64,000 nt of DNA from a virus (taxonomy: Duplodnaviria > Caudoviricetes). The DNA lies in IMG/VR virus record IMGVR_UViG_3300001765_000038, positions 1 to 64,000 of that record; one strand, 5' to 3'. Numbering within the stretch: the stretch's first letter is position 1; each line of letters starts with the position of its first letter. Below the pieces are notes generated by a model. The model did no database searches, was not told the DNA's origin, and saw only the letters and a list, made by a program, of their open reading frames with translations. Below are positions 37,501-49,300 of the stretch, in pieces. Both the position numbers and the translations under genes were made by a program.

Positions 37501-40500
37501 TTTTTAACGAAACCCTCACCTTCATATTGAACTAATATTGATTTGACGTAATCAGTAATAGTTGCTTCTGCTGTTGCATTTGTACCGTCACCCACAATTG
37601 TTATATCTGGTGGAAATGAATAATATTCTCCACCATCAGTTACATCAATACTATCAACAGCACCAGAATTCAAATTAACTGTAGCTACTGCTGTAGCACC
37701 AATGCCACTTCCATTAACAGTCAAAATTAATGGTTCTCTTTCTGCATTAGAATAATAACCAGAACCACCCGCATCTACAGAAATACTTGTAATAGATTTA
37801 GTTGTAGATCCCGATATAGCATATGTTGCTAAATGAGGGCTTGTATCATCATAATATATTTCTATTTCTGATTCTGATGATGCTACAAAACCACCTGAAA
37901 CGTAAGCACCCAAAGTAGAATGTGTCGTTGCAGTGAAAAGATCTTTAGCTATGTTGAATTCGTTAATGATATAACTTCCATTATATGATGATGGATTAAC
38001 ACCGCCTATTGATATTACATCACCAACATTTAATAATAATGATGTATCAACTGACACAGTGATGATTGCTGTACTTGGATTCCAATTGATATTTGTTATA
38101 TTAACAGAATCAAAATATCCCAAACCACCGTCAGTAATAGAAATTGAAGTAATTTTACCATAATCGATAACAGGTGTTATCGAAGCAGCAGATAATGGAT
38201 TTCTTAATTTAGAATTAACTCGTGCTAAACACCCATGATGATAACCGTAACCACTTGATGTAACTGATATTGATTTTATTGTACCGTTTTTAAGTTCAGA
38301 AATTTCTGCTGTTGCGGCAATGCCATCGCCACTTATAATGATTGTGTCCATAACATCATAATCATAACCACCATCATTAATCGTAATTGATACTATTTGA
38401 TCAGCAGATAAAACTGCTGTGCCTCTAAAATTAACTCCAACTGAAGTTACAATTTCAACTAATGCCCATGTATAACCAGAACCATTATTAGTCATCAATA
38501 TATCAGTTATAACACCATTTTTAATATTTGGTTCAGCTGAAAACCCAACACCATGTCCTTCTGAAATAGTAGAAGTATAATCTAAATAATTTTGACCAGG
38601 ATTAGATATAAAAATTCTAAGAGGTCTGTAATACAAATCTAAATCTAATCCAGATCCATGGCCGCCCTGAATTGTATATTTGTTAACTCCATATTTGTTA
38701 ATTTCAAAAAACTCACCTCTGCTAATAATATCAAATGTATTAATACCACCATTCTTTAAATTAGCAGTTAATACAGCTCCAGATCCTTTTGCTTCTTTTA
38801 CAATAAGTGTATCTGAAACTCCATAATTAGATCCTTGACGAATGATTATAACATCAGTTATGGATCCAAATTCATCTATTACAACATCAAATTCAGCGCC
38901 AGTACCAGTAGTAGTATTAACAACAACAATAGGATCCACATAATTAATTCCCTCATTATCGACAGATACTGCAGTTATTGCACCAGTAGCAATAGTAGGT
39001 GATATTAATCCATTAACTCCATTTACAACAACACTTACAGTACTGTCACCAAGATTAGAATCTGTTAATTGCCAATCGACTTTGGTTATTGCACCAATAG
39101 GATTTTTACTAATCTTAATAGCGCCCTTTGTTGTTTCAACAACACCATTATCATAACTCGTATAATCAGTTCTTATTTGGCGCAACGGTGAATTTGAATT
39201 AGCATCTGGTAAAATAGCAAAAGAAGTATATGCATATTTGCTGCCGCCATTATTAATTGTTATTGAATTTAAAACACTAGATGTTACTATTCCAGTAACC
39301 TGTATTTCAGCTAATTTAGAACCAGTTGGTGCATCTTCAATATTTAAATCACCGCCGTAAATATAAAGTAAATCATTTATTTGAAAATCATATCCTTTAT
39401 TAAGAAAATTGATTTCATCTAATTCCATTACAGTAATTGTGTTTAAATCTACACCATCAATAGACGATACAAATCCAGAAAATCCTTTACCTAATGCATC
39501 ATCAGATGTTACTTTATCTCCAACTGTATAACCAGAACCACCGTTAGCAATAATCGCTGTATCAACTGATCCAAATGAAGTTGCATCAATACTTAATGAA
39601 CCTCCCGCTCCATCATCATCAAAATTAATAACCTGCCCTTTTTTATAACCCGATCCGCGATAATTTAATTCTATATCTGAAAATATAGGAGTGCTTAAAC
39701 CTATAATATCACTACCATTAATCGTAGCTCTAACAATAGAATCAGTATTGAAATTGCCAAACAATCCCTTTTTCTGTAAATAAAGTATATAATATTCTGT
39801 GCCGTTAATAACAGTAGAAATTACATCATCAACAATAGCAGTTGCATATTCACCTACTTGAACAATTCGATTGCCCTTTAACGATGTATAATCATATGTT
39901 GGAAGATCAAATGAAATAGACGGTGTGTTAATATAATTAGTACCACCATCTAATATTTCAATACTAGAAACTTTACTATTATTTAATAATGCTCTTACTT
40001 TTGCATCTCTTGTATCAGAAACTGTCCATGTTAATGTGGGAGTTCCAATATAACCACTTCCCGGATCAAGAATATGTGAATCAATAACTGTACCATTAGA
40101 ATCTAATATCAATTGAATTTTAATTGGAGTTGTATTAGTTCCAGTAAATTCAACTGTAGGTGGTAGTGTCCAATGTGATTTACCATCAATAATAGTAAAT
40201 GTATTTAATGCACCACCACTCATTGTAAATGATACAGTAGGTAAATTATCAGTTAAATCATCATTAATGTTTCTAACAAATGAGACTTCTGGTGTTAGAT
40301 AAATGCCATAATCTGAATCTGTTATATTTACAGCATCGACCGCACCCTTTATCATACGAACTGTAGCTTCTAAATTTGGTTTTTTAAGCGCTAAAATAAT
40401 ATTTTTTCTATATACAGAATCAGATGATTTAGTATATAAATCTCTACCCCAATCTATTTCAACATCTTCACCATAGATTGTTTTAAATAAGAATCTAAAA

Positions 40501-40805
40501 CTATCTTCAGATCCTTTACTTCTAAAAAACTGTTTGCTATTTTTTATTAATAAACTTTTATCGACACTTGTATCTAATGGAAGATTATTAAGAACACCAT
40601 TAGCAATTAGTGTTTTAAACTTTTCATCTGCAGTATCGTAATCATGCTGCTCTAAAGAATAGCGAATATAATCTAATGGATTACCATCATTTTCTAACCA
40701 TTCAAAATAATATTCTATAAATTTTACAAAATTAGCTGCAGTACCTTGAAAGAATGCAGGTACCTGACTTGATAAAACGTGACTTACTTTAGGCTTAATA
40801 CTCAT
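34593..40805 (-). CDS. gp7: Baseplate wedge initiator (gp7-like), expanded with GGxGY beta repeats
   Basis: FVKFIEYYFEWLE, LLIKNSKQFFRSKGSEDSFRFLFKTIYGE, many V.V..GGSGY..P.V.I.G.G.GA repeats, IHDNKKYQDYSYIIKS, LHPTGYSMYG. Confidence 0.85.
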   Translation of the reverse strand: MSIKPKVSHVLSSQVPAFFQGTAANFVKFIEYYFEWLENDGNPLDYIRYSLEQHDYDTADEKFKTLIANGVLNNLPLDTSVDKSLLIKNSKQFFRSKGSEDSFRFLFKTIYGEDVEIDWGRDLYTKSSDSVYRKNIILALKKPNLEATVRMIKGAVDAVNITDSDYGIYLTPEVSFVRNINDDLTDNLPTVSFTMSGGALNTFTIIDGKSHWTLPPTVEFTGTNTTPIKIQLILDSNGTVIDSHILDPGSGYIGTPTLTWTVSDTRDAKVRALLNNSKVSSIEILDGGTNYINTPSISFDLPTYDYTSLKGNRIVQVGEYATAIVDDVISTVINGTEYYILYLQKKGLFGNFNTDSIVRATINGSDIIGLSTPIFSDIELNYRGSGYKKGQVINFDDDGAGGSLSIDATSFGSVDTAIIANGGSGYTVGDKVTSDDALGKGFSGFVSSIDGVDLNTITVMELDEINFLNKGYDFQINDLLYIYGGDLNIEDAPTGSKLAEIQVTGIVTSSVLNSITINNGGSKYAYTSFAILPDANSNSPLRQIRTDYTSYDNGVVETTKGAIKISKNPIGAITKVDWQLTDSNLGDSTVSVVVNGVNGLISPTIATGAITAVSVDNEGINYVDPIVVVNTTTGTGAEFDVVIDEFGSITDVIIIRQGSNYGVSDTLIVKEAKGSGAVLTANLKNGGINTFDIISRGEFFEINKYGVNKYTIQGGHGSGLDLDLYYRPLRIFISNPGQNYLDYTSTISEGHGVGFSAEPNIKNGVITDILMTNNGSGYTWALVEIVTSVGVNFRGTAVLSADQIVSITINDGGYDYDVMDTIIISGDGIAATAEISELKNGTIKSISVTSSGYGYHHGCLARVNSKLRNPLSAASITPVIDYGKITSISITDGGLGYFDSVNITNINWNPSTAIITVSVDTSLLLNVGDVISIGGVNPSSYNGSYIINEFNIAKDLFTATTHSTLGAYVSGGFVASSESEIEIYYDDTSPHLATYAISGSTTKSITSISVDAGGSGYYSNAEREPLILTVNGSGIGATAVATVNLNSGAVDSIDVTDGGEYYSFPPDITIVGDGTNATAEATITDYVKSILVQYEGEGFVKKPNIVITAPNNPLGVQATATANVALLVTSGTFVSRIEVLQGGYGYTIGNTSVSIINGGGSNATAVPVINGGIITAIDIVDGGSGYTSHPTVQITGDGAGAAADAWIPCRITSINITEEGSGYSKTTPPTVTAIGGYGNGAILTPVIDSKVDKINVLTPGSGYTTASVTVDDSAKGGTGAELLPILENGSFVDVLVVDGGQNYTGVTITIQGGKINGTEAVLTPVIENGIITRVGITNPGTGYYYGTYATVIGDGTGAVVELTVDTGITRMEIINSGSGYSAHDTVLVVDDVAPPGTLPGGGASLIPIIKDGKIITAYYSNQGQGYHNPTVTVQGSGTGAIIEAYADRPIVNATLTTAGQQYTHASVKVTGDGNNAVLRANISNNSIQNFNVTYKGNRYSQMPNLNISDNSGYGAISKITIQDGGYGYKEFPVLTVTSNIGTGAEIRSFSKSIGQIESIKFTDYAIGVSSVPMIRFPATIAVSENVNFITNEYVYVKQDPAPIDIFSVPHARVVDIDRIRNLLYVDDMSETYEFITETGYFLTLEGISQDYILHEYSDTIVEGSTLVGEKSKSECVALKYNRAQGTGILNGVGIYDNTLIKSQSLTSSPLLKIHDNKKYQDYSYIIKSGIPIESYSSEVNNILHPTGYSMYGDIKIVTHTKVARMIAHFTQNEDALDLSSIRNLVLPTTEPTFYANYNYENWRQENDPIFLYDADTIPEYEFSYLDGVPYNVNSASVTTIIESKEEIGTGTYALASDDITISLTAHGLEVDDRLILSFTSGGCIAGEYYVKSKTADSFVVTAKTNSYSAQYVGTGSTTVTLNSTLSAVNAGDTIDVVKLLPVINGVIEGDIVDDEYTVATANATTITFTNPVNVTTTGDNNYVTFDVITCSGDVDIFKITAWSESSTSVIKWVIGDTHSFNDIVYYVIAGVPTLYFFTSTEAIATSDNGPVGVNTLWEPLSNIDNYAYTF

Positions 40806-42568
40806 TATTGATTCCTAGTTCTATCGTCATAAATTCCTATTTTAATATTTTCTTGTTGTATTCTTACAATCGTATTGTTTTTAGAAAATATATCACTAAT
40901 AATAGGTGTTGCGTAAATCTTAATTCCATTACCATCAAAATTAGTTATAATGAGAGGTTTAATACTTATAATGCCACTGTTTAAATCAACTGATCCAGCA
41001 CTATTTTCTACAACTTTAATAGTTTGATCTTGATTATAATAATATAACTGTATAGTTTCATTTAAGTTTCTTAAAAATACTTTTTCTGCTAAACCATCAA
41101 TATAAAAACCTGTACTATCTACATTCGTTATACCATTATAAAATTTAAATTCCATACTATTACTTTGTGCTATAACTGGTAAAAATAGTTTAAACATTTT
41201 AAATGTTGTTAAGTTGTTTAAAATTGAATAATCAGATCCATCAATAATTCTACTTAAAAGCGAGAATCTGAATATATCATCAAACTTACCTAAATAGTTA
41301 TCAGCATATTCTACAATGTTATCCAATACAACATTTTGAAGTTCTAAATTAGTTTTATTATTCTTAAATTTATCAAAATACACTTTTGAATCAATTTCAA
41401 TATCGATATAATCTGGATCTAAAAATCGTGGTGATACATTAGCAACAGCACGTTTTTGAATAATGTCTAACACTTCTGCTTTTTCTGAATCAGTCAAAAA
41501 TTCAGTATTTTGTGGTTGAATACATATAATCACTTTTCCATATTCAGGAGGTATTTGTTTTTCGCCACCCCATACAACAAGATTTTTAACGTTATTAAAG
41601 TTCTGCATTATTAACGCTTTACAATCATCTGCAGTAACAGCACGATTTTGAACACCAAAATAAGTCATTGCATTAAAACGAATTGATTCTATATTTTCAG
41701 CATCTGAACCACTTGCTGCTTGTTCTTGTGTTTGTATTGTAACAATACTATTACCTTCAATAGCTCCGGTAAGTTTAAAAACTTTTGCACCGTTAGCAAC
41801 TTTACCAGACGATGTGACATAGGTAACATGAATTATATTACCAGCAGACAATTGCTTACCCAATATATCATCACCAAAATAGATTTCTGTTAAATTGTTT
41901 AATCCCTCTTGAACAAAAAATACTGTAGAAGTAGAATTAACATCAATAATAGAATCTGCTAATGAATAATAAGCATAATTAGGGGATGAAATAGATTCTT
42001 GAACAATCACTCTAATACTCGTTGTATCAACTTCACTATTAGGCAATGAAAATTTTTCTACTTTAAAACCTTCTGCTACATAACTATTCTGTTGAAACTT
42101 CCCTTCATAAATGAAAAACTGTCCAAAGTCATAAGTACTGCCACTTAATGGTGCAATAACATCATCAACAGTTACAAATTGATATGTATTTTCGTTTATA
42201 GTAGTTTCAAAAGGTGTGCCTGCTTTCATTGTTAATTGTGCAGGATTATTTAATGCATTTTGCAACACCATTCCTATTTTTGCTTTTGCTGATTTAATTG
42301 ATTTTGGAATATAACCTAATGATTTTGCATGTGACACAACTGAATCACGTTTAACAGCACTGTCAATGTAAGTTTCATTAGCAATATAATTGGCCATTAC
42401 AGAATTGTAATATGTGTTATATGCTAATAAATCCATCAGAATAGACATTCCCGAGGCTTCATAATCATAATCAGCAAATTCAGTCTGTGTAGATAAATAA
42501 CTCTTTAAATTTTCTTTAATAGAGGCAAAATCTAATTCTGATACTCTTAGTTTGTTATTTAATATCAT
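40805..42568 (-). CDS. gp6: Baseplate wedge subunit (gp6)
   Basis: ELDFASIKENLK, DYDYEASGMSILMDLLAYNT, R.SVVSHAKSLGYIP, QNRAVTADD, VWGGE, YGKV. Confidence 0.96.
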   Translation of the reverse strand: MILNNKLRVSELDFASIKENLKSYLSTQTEFADYDYEASGMSILMDLLAYNTYYNSVMANYIANETYIDSAVKRDSVVSHAKSLGYIPKSIKSAKAKIGMVLQNALNNPAQLTMKAGTPFETTINENTYQFVTVDDVIAPLSGSTYDFGQFFIYEGKFQQNSYVAEGFKVEKFSLPNSEVDTTSIRVIVQESISSPNYAYYSLADSIIDVNSTSTVFFVQEGLNNLTEIYFGDDILGKQLSAGNIIHVTYVTSSGKVANGAKVFKLTGAIEGNSIVTIQTQEQAASGSDAENIESIRFNAMTYFGVQNRAVTADDCKALIMQNFNNVKNLVVWGGEKQIPPEYGKVIICIQPQNTEFLTDSEKAEVLDIIQKRAVANVSPRFLDPDYIDIEIDSKVYFDKFKNNKTNLELQNVVLDNIVEYADNYLGKFDDIFRFSLLSRIIDGSDYSILNNLTTFKMFKLFLPVIAQSNSMEFKFYNGITNVDSTGFYIDGLAEKVFLRNLNETIQLYYYNQDQTIKVVENSAGSVDLNSGIISIKPLIITNFDGNGIKIYATPIISDIFSKNNTIVRIQQENIKIGIYDDRTRNQ

Positions 42569-42954
42569 CTAACTCTTTCAAATTTAAGTGTTAATTGTTG
42601 AGTTACATCTGAACCTATTACATGAAAGTAAAAGTCAATTGCAATTTCATTATAGTCTGGATTATCACGAATAATCAAATTATCTATATACACTCTTTGA
42701 TCATAATAAGCTAATTGATTTCTTATTTTTTTCAATAGAGTGATGCTCGTCAATGGTGTCAAGTTTTCAAATATCAAACCCGGAATACTAATACCGAAGT
42801 TCGGATCGAATCTCTTTTCAAAATTATTCGTTAAGAATAAAGTCATGAGAGCTTGCTTTACTGAATCAAGATCGTACTTAAGAATAACATCGTCTGTTGA
42901 TGGATGTTTTTTAAATGTGAGACTTAGATCGGAGTAAGTATATGTTGTGGCCAT
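42565..42954 (-). CDS. gp25: Baseplate wedge protein (gp25)
   Basis: YSDLSLTFKKHP, SVKQALMTLFLT..FEKRFDPNFG, YDQRV. Confidence 0.93.
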   Translation of the reverse strand: MATTYTYSDLSLTFKKHPSTDDVILKYDLDSVKQALMTLFLTNNFEKRFDPNFGISIPGLIFENLTPLTSITLLKKIRNQLAYYDQRVYIDNLIIRDNPDYNEIAIDFYFHVIGSDVTQQLTLKFERVR

Positions 42955-43034
42955 AAAAATAAATTTGACTTAATTTGACAATAATGTAATAATTACATGT
43001 CGGTTGGGTTATGGATATTGATAAGTGATTGATA

Positions 43035-43042
43035 TATTTATA
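43035..43042 (-). promoter_or_regulatory. Perfect late promoter TATAAATA upstream of gp25, embedded in an inverted repeat
   Basis: Plus-strand tatttata at 43035-43042 within attgatata-tt-tatatcaat (43028-43047). Confidence 0.75.
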
Positions 43043-43050
43043 TCAATTGA

Positions 43051-43344
43051 TCAAGCGCTATTACAAAATACATCAGGACTACCTGATGCAGATACATCAC
43101 CGCATGATATAGCATCACCTATTCGATGCACTGGTATTCCTTCAATGAATACATTAGGTGATCCAGCTGAGGCATTACCATCATGACATTCTAGATCACA
43201 ACAATGAGTTGGATAATGTGCACCAATAACAGTTGCTAATATACCATTGACGTATACTGAACTTTGTGCTGCCATATCTGATGGTCTTGGCGGAAAACAA
43301 TGTCCCGCACTTGGATCAACATCAATTCTTGTGATTGCTGGCAT
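43051..43344 (-). CDS. gp5.4: PAAR spike-tip protein (gp5.4)
   Basis: GHCFPP, VYVNG...G..YPTH, GSPNVFIEG.PVHRIGDAISCG, GSPDVF; Zn-ligand His/Cys pattern. Confidence 0.95.
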   Translation of the reverse strand: MPAITRIDVDPSAGHCFPPRPSDMAAQSSVYVNGILATVIGAHYPTHCCDLECHDGNASAGSPNVFIEGIPVHRIGDAISCGDVSASGSPDVFCNSA

Positions 43345-43346
43345 AA

Positions 43347-46300
43347 TTATTCCCTTGTATGTTGTTTGACTTTATCGATAAGTTTTCCATTGAAAACTCC
43401 CCAATTATCTCTTACTGTAATCTTTAATGGGATTGTTGTAGTAAATGGTTCAACCGTTGTGGTAGTACCGCCGACGCCACCTGTATCTGATAATTCAATG
43501 ATGCCTTTAAATGTAGGATTTTGTGCTGATATATCAACCCATTTATATTGAGGGCCGATTTGCACTGGGCTAGAATAAATTATTGTATTTCCTTGACCTA
43601 ATTCTCCATTAACATTATAGCCCCAACCCCATAATGCTCCTGTATCATTAAGCATATAATAATTACCTGCTAATGCAGACACTTTAGACCAATTACTTAA
43701 TGTACCAATTTGAATTGGCGACATCATAAAATGATCAATTCCATGATTAATAAAATCATTATTTAAATAATTACCATATGTTTGTAAATCCCCCCAACCC
43801 CATAATGTACCATCTGTTTTTACTGCCATCGTCAAATCATTAAAATAACCACATGTTATCTGTTTCCAATTTGTTAATGTACCAATTTGTGTTGGGCTAG
43901 ATATACCAAACACAGTTATATGATCTGATACATATCCCAATCCTAATTTTCCATAATAATTAGAACCACAACCCCATAATGTGCCATCAGTTTTAATTGC
44001 TAACAAATCATCTCTAAAATTAGAACCTAATTTGCTCCAAGTAGTTAAAGATCCAATTTGAGTAGGCGATGAAACTGAATTAGTATGACCAAGACCTAAA
44101 CAACCAGGTGTATTATACCCCCAACCCCATAATGAGCCATTAGTTTTGATTGCAGCTACATTATTATTTGTTCCTGAAATACTCGCCCAATCACTCATTG
44201 AACCAACTTGAGTAGGACTTGATCTTAAAATTTCATCTCCTAAACCCAAAGCACCACCGCTGTTTTCACCCCAACCCCATAATGTGCCATCTGTTTTGAT
44301 TGCATTAGTGCACTGTTGTTTCCATGATCCAATTATTTGAGTCGGACTTGAACGATGAATTATATCACCAGTTCCTAATTCACCATTTCCATTCCAACCT
44401 GTCGCCCACAATGAATTATCCGCTCTGATACCCAATGTTGAATATGAATCACTAACAGAAGACCAATCATTTTTATCACCTATTTGTATTATAACATGAT
44501 GATCTATGGTATCACCTGTACCTAACTGACCGAACATATTAGATCCACATCCTACTAATACTCTACCAGTACCAGTTATAGGGGTGTCTGGTGGTGTTAT
44601 TGGTGTACTATCAGTGATACCCAACCAATAAGTATGACTTCCACTAACATCTTTCCAAGTACTCAATGTACCTACTTGCATCGGTGCAGAAATTTCCCAT
44701 ACAGTATCATCTGGTGTTATCATTTGATCTGTATTATAACCACATGCCCATAATGTACCATTAGTTTTAATCATCATCATGCAATAATGACCAGATGATG
44801 CTAATTTATCCCAATCACTTAATGATCCAACTTGTGTAGGAGAAGATTTATCAATACTATCTCCATGGCCTAAAATGTTTCCACCATTGTATCCCCAAGA
44901 CCATAATGTACCATCTGTTTTGATAGCAAAACTAGCAGAACCGTCAGCATGTACTTGTTTCCAATTACTTAATAAACCAACTTGAGTTGGAACATCTAAA
45001 TTTACAGAACTAGTATTTTGTCCTAAAACACCATCTACATCTCTACCCCAAGACCATAATGTACCATTAGTTTTAACTGCTAAAGTGTGATATTCGTTAA
45101 CAGATGCCTGTTTCCAGTTTAAATCAGTGCCAATTTGAACAGGTGATGAAACACCAAGATCAGTAATAGCACCTAATCCCAACATAGTGTTTTCCCAATC
45201 CCAACCCATCACCCATAATGATCCATTATTATTTAATAATATTGTTCGATTAGATTCAGCTGTCCATGCTTTTGACCAAGTATTCCCACCAGCAATTTGT
45301 ACTGGTGAACTTATAGGAATATTTGGATTCATTCCTAATTCACCAGAATAATTATAACCCATACCCCATGCTGTGCCATCAGTTTTTATCATAACTGTAG
45401 TCATTGCACTACAATGCACATATGCCCAATCATTTGATGTTCCAACTTTAATAGGAGTTGATACATTATAAACATATCCATTATAAGGTGTTTGTCCCCA
45501 CACCCATAACGACCCATCAGTTTTAATACCGTTAGAATTATATGCATATCTTTCAGATGGTGCAGCTAATTGTTTCCAATCGACATTAGAAATTAATTGA
45601 ACGGGTGATGAGTATTGATTATTAATTTCACCGATACCTAATTCGCCTGACCAGTTTGTTCCGTTGCCCCAACCAGCAATATTAGATGGTGGTGTATCAT
45701 CTGTTGTCGCTAACCATGCATAACCTGCACCCCAAACTTTACTCCAATTACTCAATGTTCCAATTTGAATTGGTGACGAGTGATTTATTTGATTAAGTAT
45801 AGCCCCATTCGATGTATATGCGTAATTAGTTTCACCCCATGCCCATAATGTGCCATTAATTTTTCTTGCTATAAATGATCTCCATGGGACGCCTCCCCCA
45901 CCAATTTCACCCCAATCGCTCAATGTTCCAATTTGAACAGGTGAAGATAATTCAAAATTTGGATCAATTGTACGCTCTGCAGCACAAACAGTCTTGAGTA
46001 ATGAATAACTAGTTCCACCCCATCCCCATAAGGTATTATTATTCTGTATCCCATAAACTGTGGAATCATCACAAGTTACATTTTTCCAATTACTTAGTGT
46101 CCCCAGTTGAACTGGCGAAGATGTTGATTGAGTAGTAAAACTATTTAATAAAAGATTTCCATAAAAATTAACACCCCAACCCCATAATGTATTGTTAGTT
46201 TTAATTGCTGTAGAATATTCAGTGCCTATAGCAATAAACCTCCAATCAGTATCTACACCAATTTGCACTGGAGAAGACATGCTAGTATATCCATTTACCC

Positions 46301-49300
46301 CTTGTCCTGTTTGTCCTCTATTATTGTTTCCCCATCCCCATAATGTGTTATTTTCTCCAATGGCAATTGTATGATAACCACAAACCACTTTATTCCAAGT
46401 TGTTTTTGTTCCAATTTGCACCGGACTTGATCGTGAGAAATAATCACCTATACCACCTTCTCCAAAACCATTATAACCTATCATCCATAAAGTATTATCT
46501 GATTTAATTCCCATCATTGTTGAACCATGACAATTAACACTTTCCCAATTTCCGGTGTTGCTTATCATTACTGGTGCACTAACAGACTTATTATATGCTC
46601 CATATATGTTTCCAACTCCCCATAAATTTTTATTTTTATCAATAAAAAATGATGCTGGGACATCACCAGAAGTACACATATATGTCCAATTACTACTTAA
46701 TTGAACGGGTGATGAATAATTAGTATAATCTGCCTTATCGAGTGCTGGGAAGTAACCAGCACCCCAATGTTTAATATAAGTAGGTGCCGGCGCCGGCGCC
46801 GGCGCCGGCAATATTTCTCTTGTTGCTAATGTAACATTATCATATGATGATATTTCATTCCAATCACTTAATGTGCCAATTTGAATTGGCGATGAATAAT
46901 CGAGTGTATTAGAAGCTCCTAATGAGCCCCATACTACACCTTCACCACAAGCCCACAATGTTCTATCAGTTTTAGTGGCAAATAAAGCTGAATCACCTAT
47001 TTCAACCGATCTCCAGTTATTCAAACTGCCAATTTGAGTGGGAGATGATCTGTGGATCTTATCTCCCAGTCCTAAACCACCATCACCATTCCAACCCCAA
47101 GACCATAATGTACCATCTGTTTTAACAGCTCCAGTAGAATAATAAATTGATACTTGTTCCCAGTTACTTAAAGTACCAACTTGTGTTGGTACTGAATACC
47201 CGAGTATGTTTTCTAATCCCAATTGCCCATGTGAATTCCAACCCCATGCCCATAATGTACCATTAGTTTTTACTGCCATTGTGCTAGCATATTCTCCAGC
47301 TGATATTTGTTTCCAATTAAATCCTGTACCAATTTGAACTGGACTTGAACGATTAATATCATCACCCAATCCAAGCTCTCCAGATTCATTTTCACCCCAA
47401 CCCCATATTCCACCACCTATACTTTTTGCAATTGTATGATAATATCCACAAGAAACTTTATCCCAATAATCTAATATTCCGATTTGAATTGGTGAAGAAC
47501 GATTATCAGCATAACCAGATATACCGTTACCCAAAGTACCTATCCAATTATATCCACATGACCATAATGTACCATCGGTTTTAACGGAAACAAAAAATCT
47601 TCTTCCCGCAGAAATTTGCTTCCAATTACTTAAAGTACCGACCTGACATGGAGAAGAACGATTATTATAAACATCTCCTAAACCTAAACCACCTTCACTA
47701 TTAGCACCCCAGGACCATAATGTCCCATTTGTTTTGATACCATATGATGATTGATAATATTCTTCAATAGTATTCCAATCATTTAATAGTCCAACTTGAA
47801 CTGGACTAGAACGATCTAAATCATCATTTGTTCCTATTTGACCCCATGTATTTGCACCCCATGCCCATAATGTATTGCTTGTAAGTGGAGGTGCATTTAC
47901 AGTAGTTTTAAATCCGAAAAAATAATCTGCATCAATAATTGCTTTTTCCCATGTATTTTCTATACCAATTTGTACTGGAGAAGATACATAATTTACAATT
48001 TCCCAGTCACCCAAATCAAATCCGGGATTTAATCCCCATCCCCACAAGGTTCCATCTGTTTTAGTTGCAATAACATTATCCCATGAAACAAATACTGTTT
48101 TCCAGTTATTTAATGCTCCAATTTGACGAGGAATAAATGTATCTAATGTTTCAGGTGATGTTATATCAGGTAAATATCCGTTATGATCATTACCCCATCC
48201 CCACAGTGTTCCATCAGTTTTAATTGCAATATTATAATCATAATGAGAATCAACAAATGACCAATTGCTCAATGTTCCAACTTGAGTTGGACTAGAACGA
48301 TCAATATAATCACCCAATCCTAGTTGTCCATTTATATTCCACCCCCATGTCCATAATGTTCCATTTGTTTTGATTGCTTTAACACTCTCAACACTTGCGG
48401 CAACTTGTTTCCAATCATTTGACGTACCAACTTGTATTGGAGAACTATAACGATAAGCACCAATTGTAGTACCGGTAAGTATTCCATAATCATCTTGTCC
48501 CCAACCCCATAATGTGCCATCTGTTTTAATTGCGAAATGTGCCCACACCCAACCATATGGTTTACCAGAAACAGAACTCCAATCACTTAATGATCCAACT
48601 TGAATAGGTGATGAATATCTAATCGTATTACCAACTCCCAATAATCCATCCCAATTATAACCACATCCCCATAATGTTCCATTAGTTTTAATTGCTAGCC
48701 AACTCCATTCAGCAGCTGATGATACTGTTTTCCAATTATTTAATAAACCTATTTGACATGGAGATGATCTTTCAATATTATCACCAAATCCAATTATAGA
48801 ATCTCTGTTCCCGCCCCATCCCCATAATGTACCATCAGCTTTAGTTGCAACTACACTATTATCCCAACCAGATGAATTTAATATTGCTATCGAACTCCAA
48901 TTATCACCAACATGTTCAAATTTGAAATAACCATCTGCATTACCAACACCTGCAGGTCCAGTACTGTCACTTAAAGGTATTTGATCATATCCACAGAACC
49001 ATAATTCATTTGATGGTGTTACTTGTACTGGACTAGATATTACTGGTGTTATTGGTGTTAATGTATCATCAGTAATGCCAATCCAATGATAAGAATTACA
49101 TGATACTTGCGTCCAATTAGAAAGAGATCCAAGTTGAACAGGTGAAGATTTATTTTCATTTATTAATTGATCACACCCCGCAATATCACCCCATGCCCAT
49201 AATGTACCATTAGTTTTAATAGCAAAGGTTCTTTCACTGCCCCAACCACCAGTATGATTATTTGATAATTTACTCCAATCGCCTAGCAATCCAATTTGAG

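Noticed and set aside
42965-42993. Plus-strand sigma70-like TTGACT/TTGACA boxes (possible antisense promoter)
   Set aside because: No good -10 at 16-18 nt spacing and no plus-strand gene downstream
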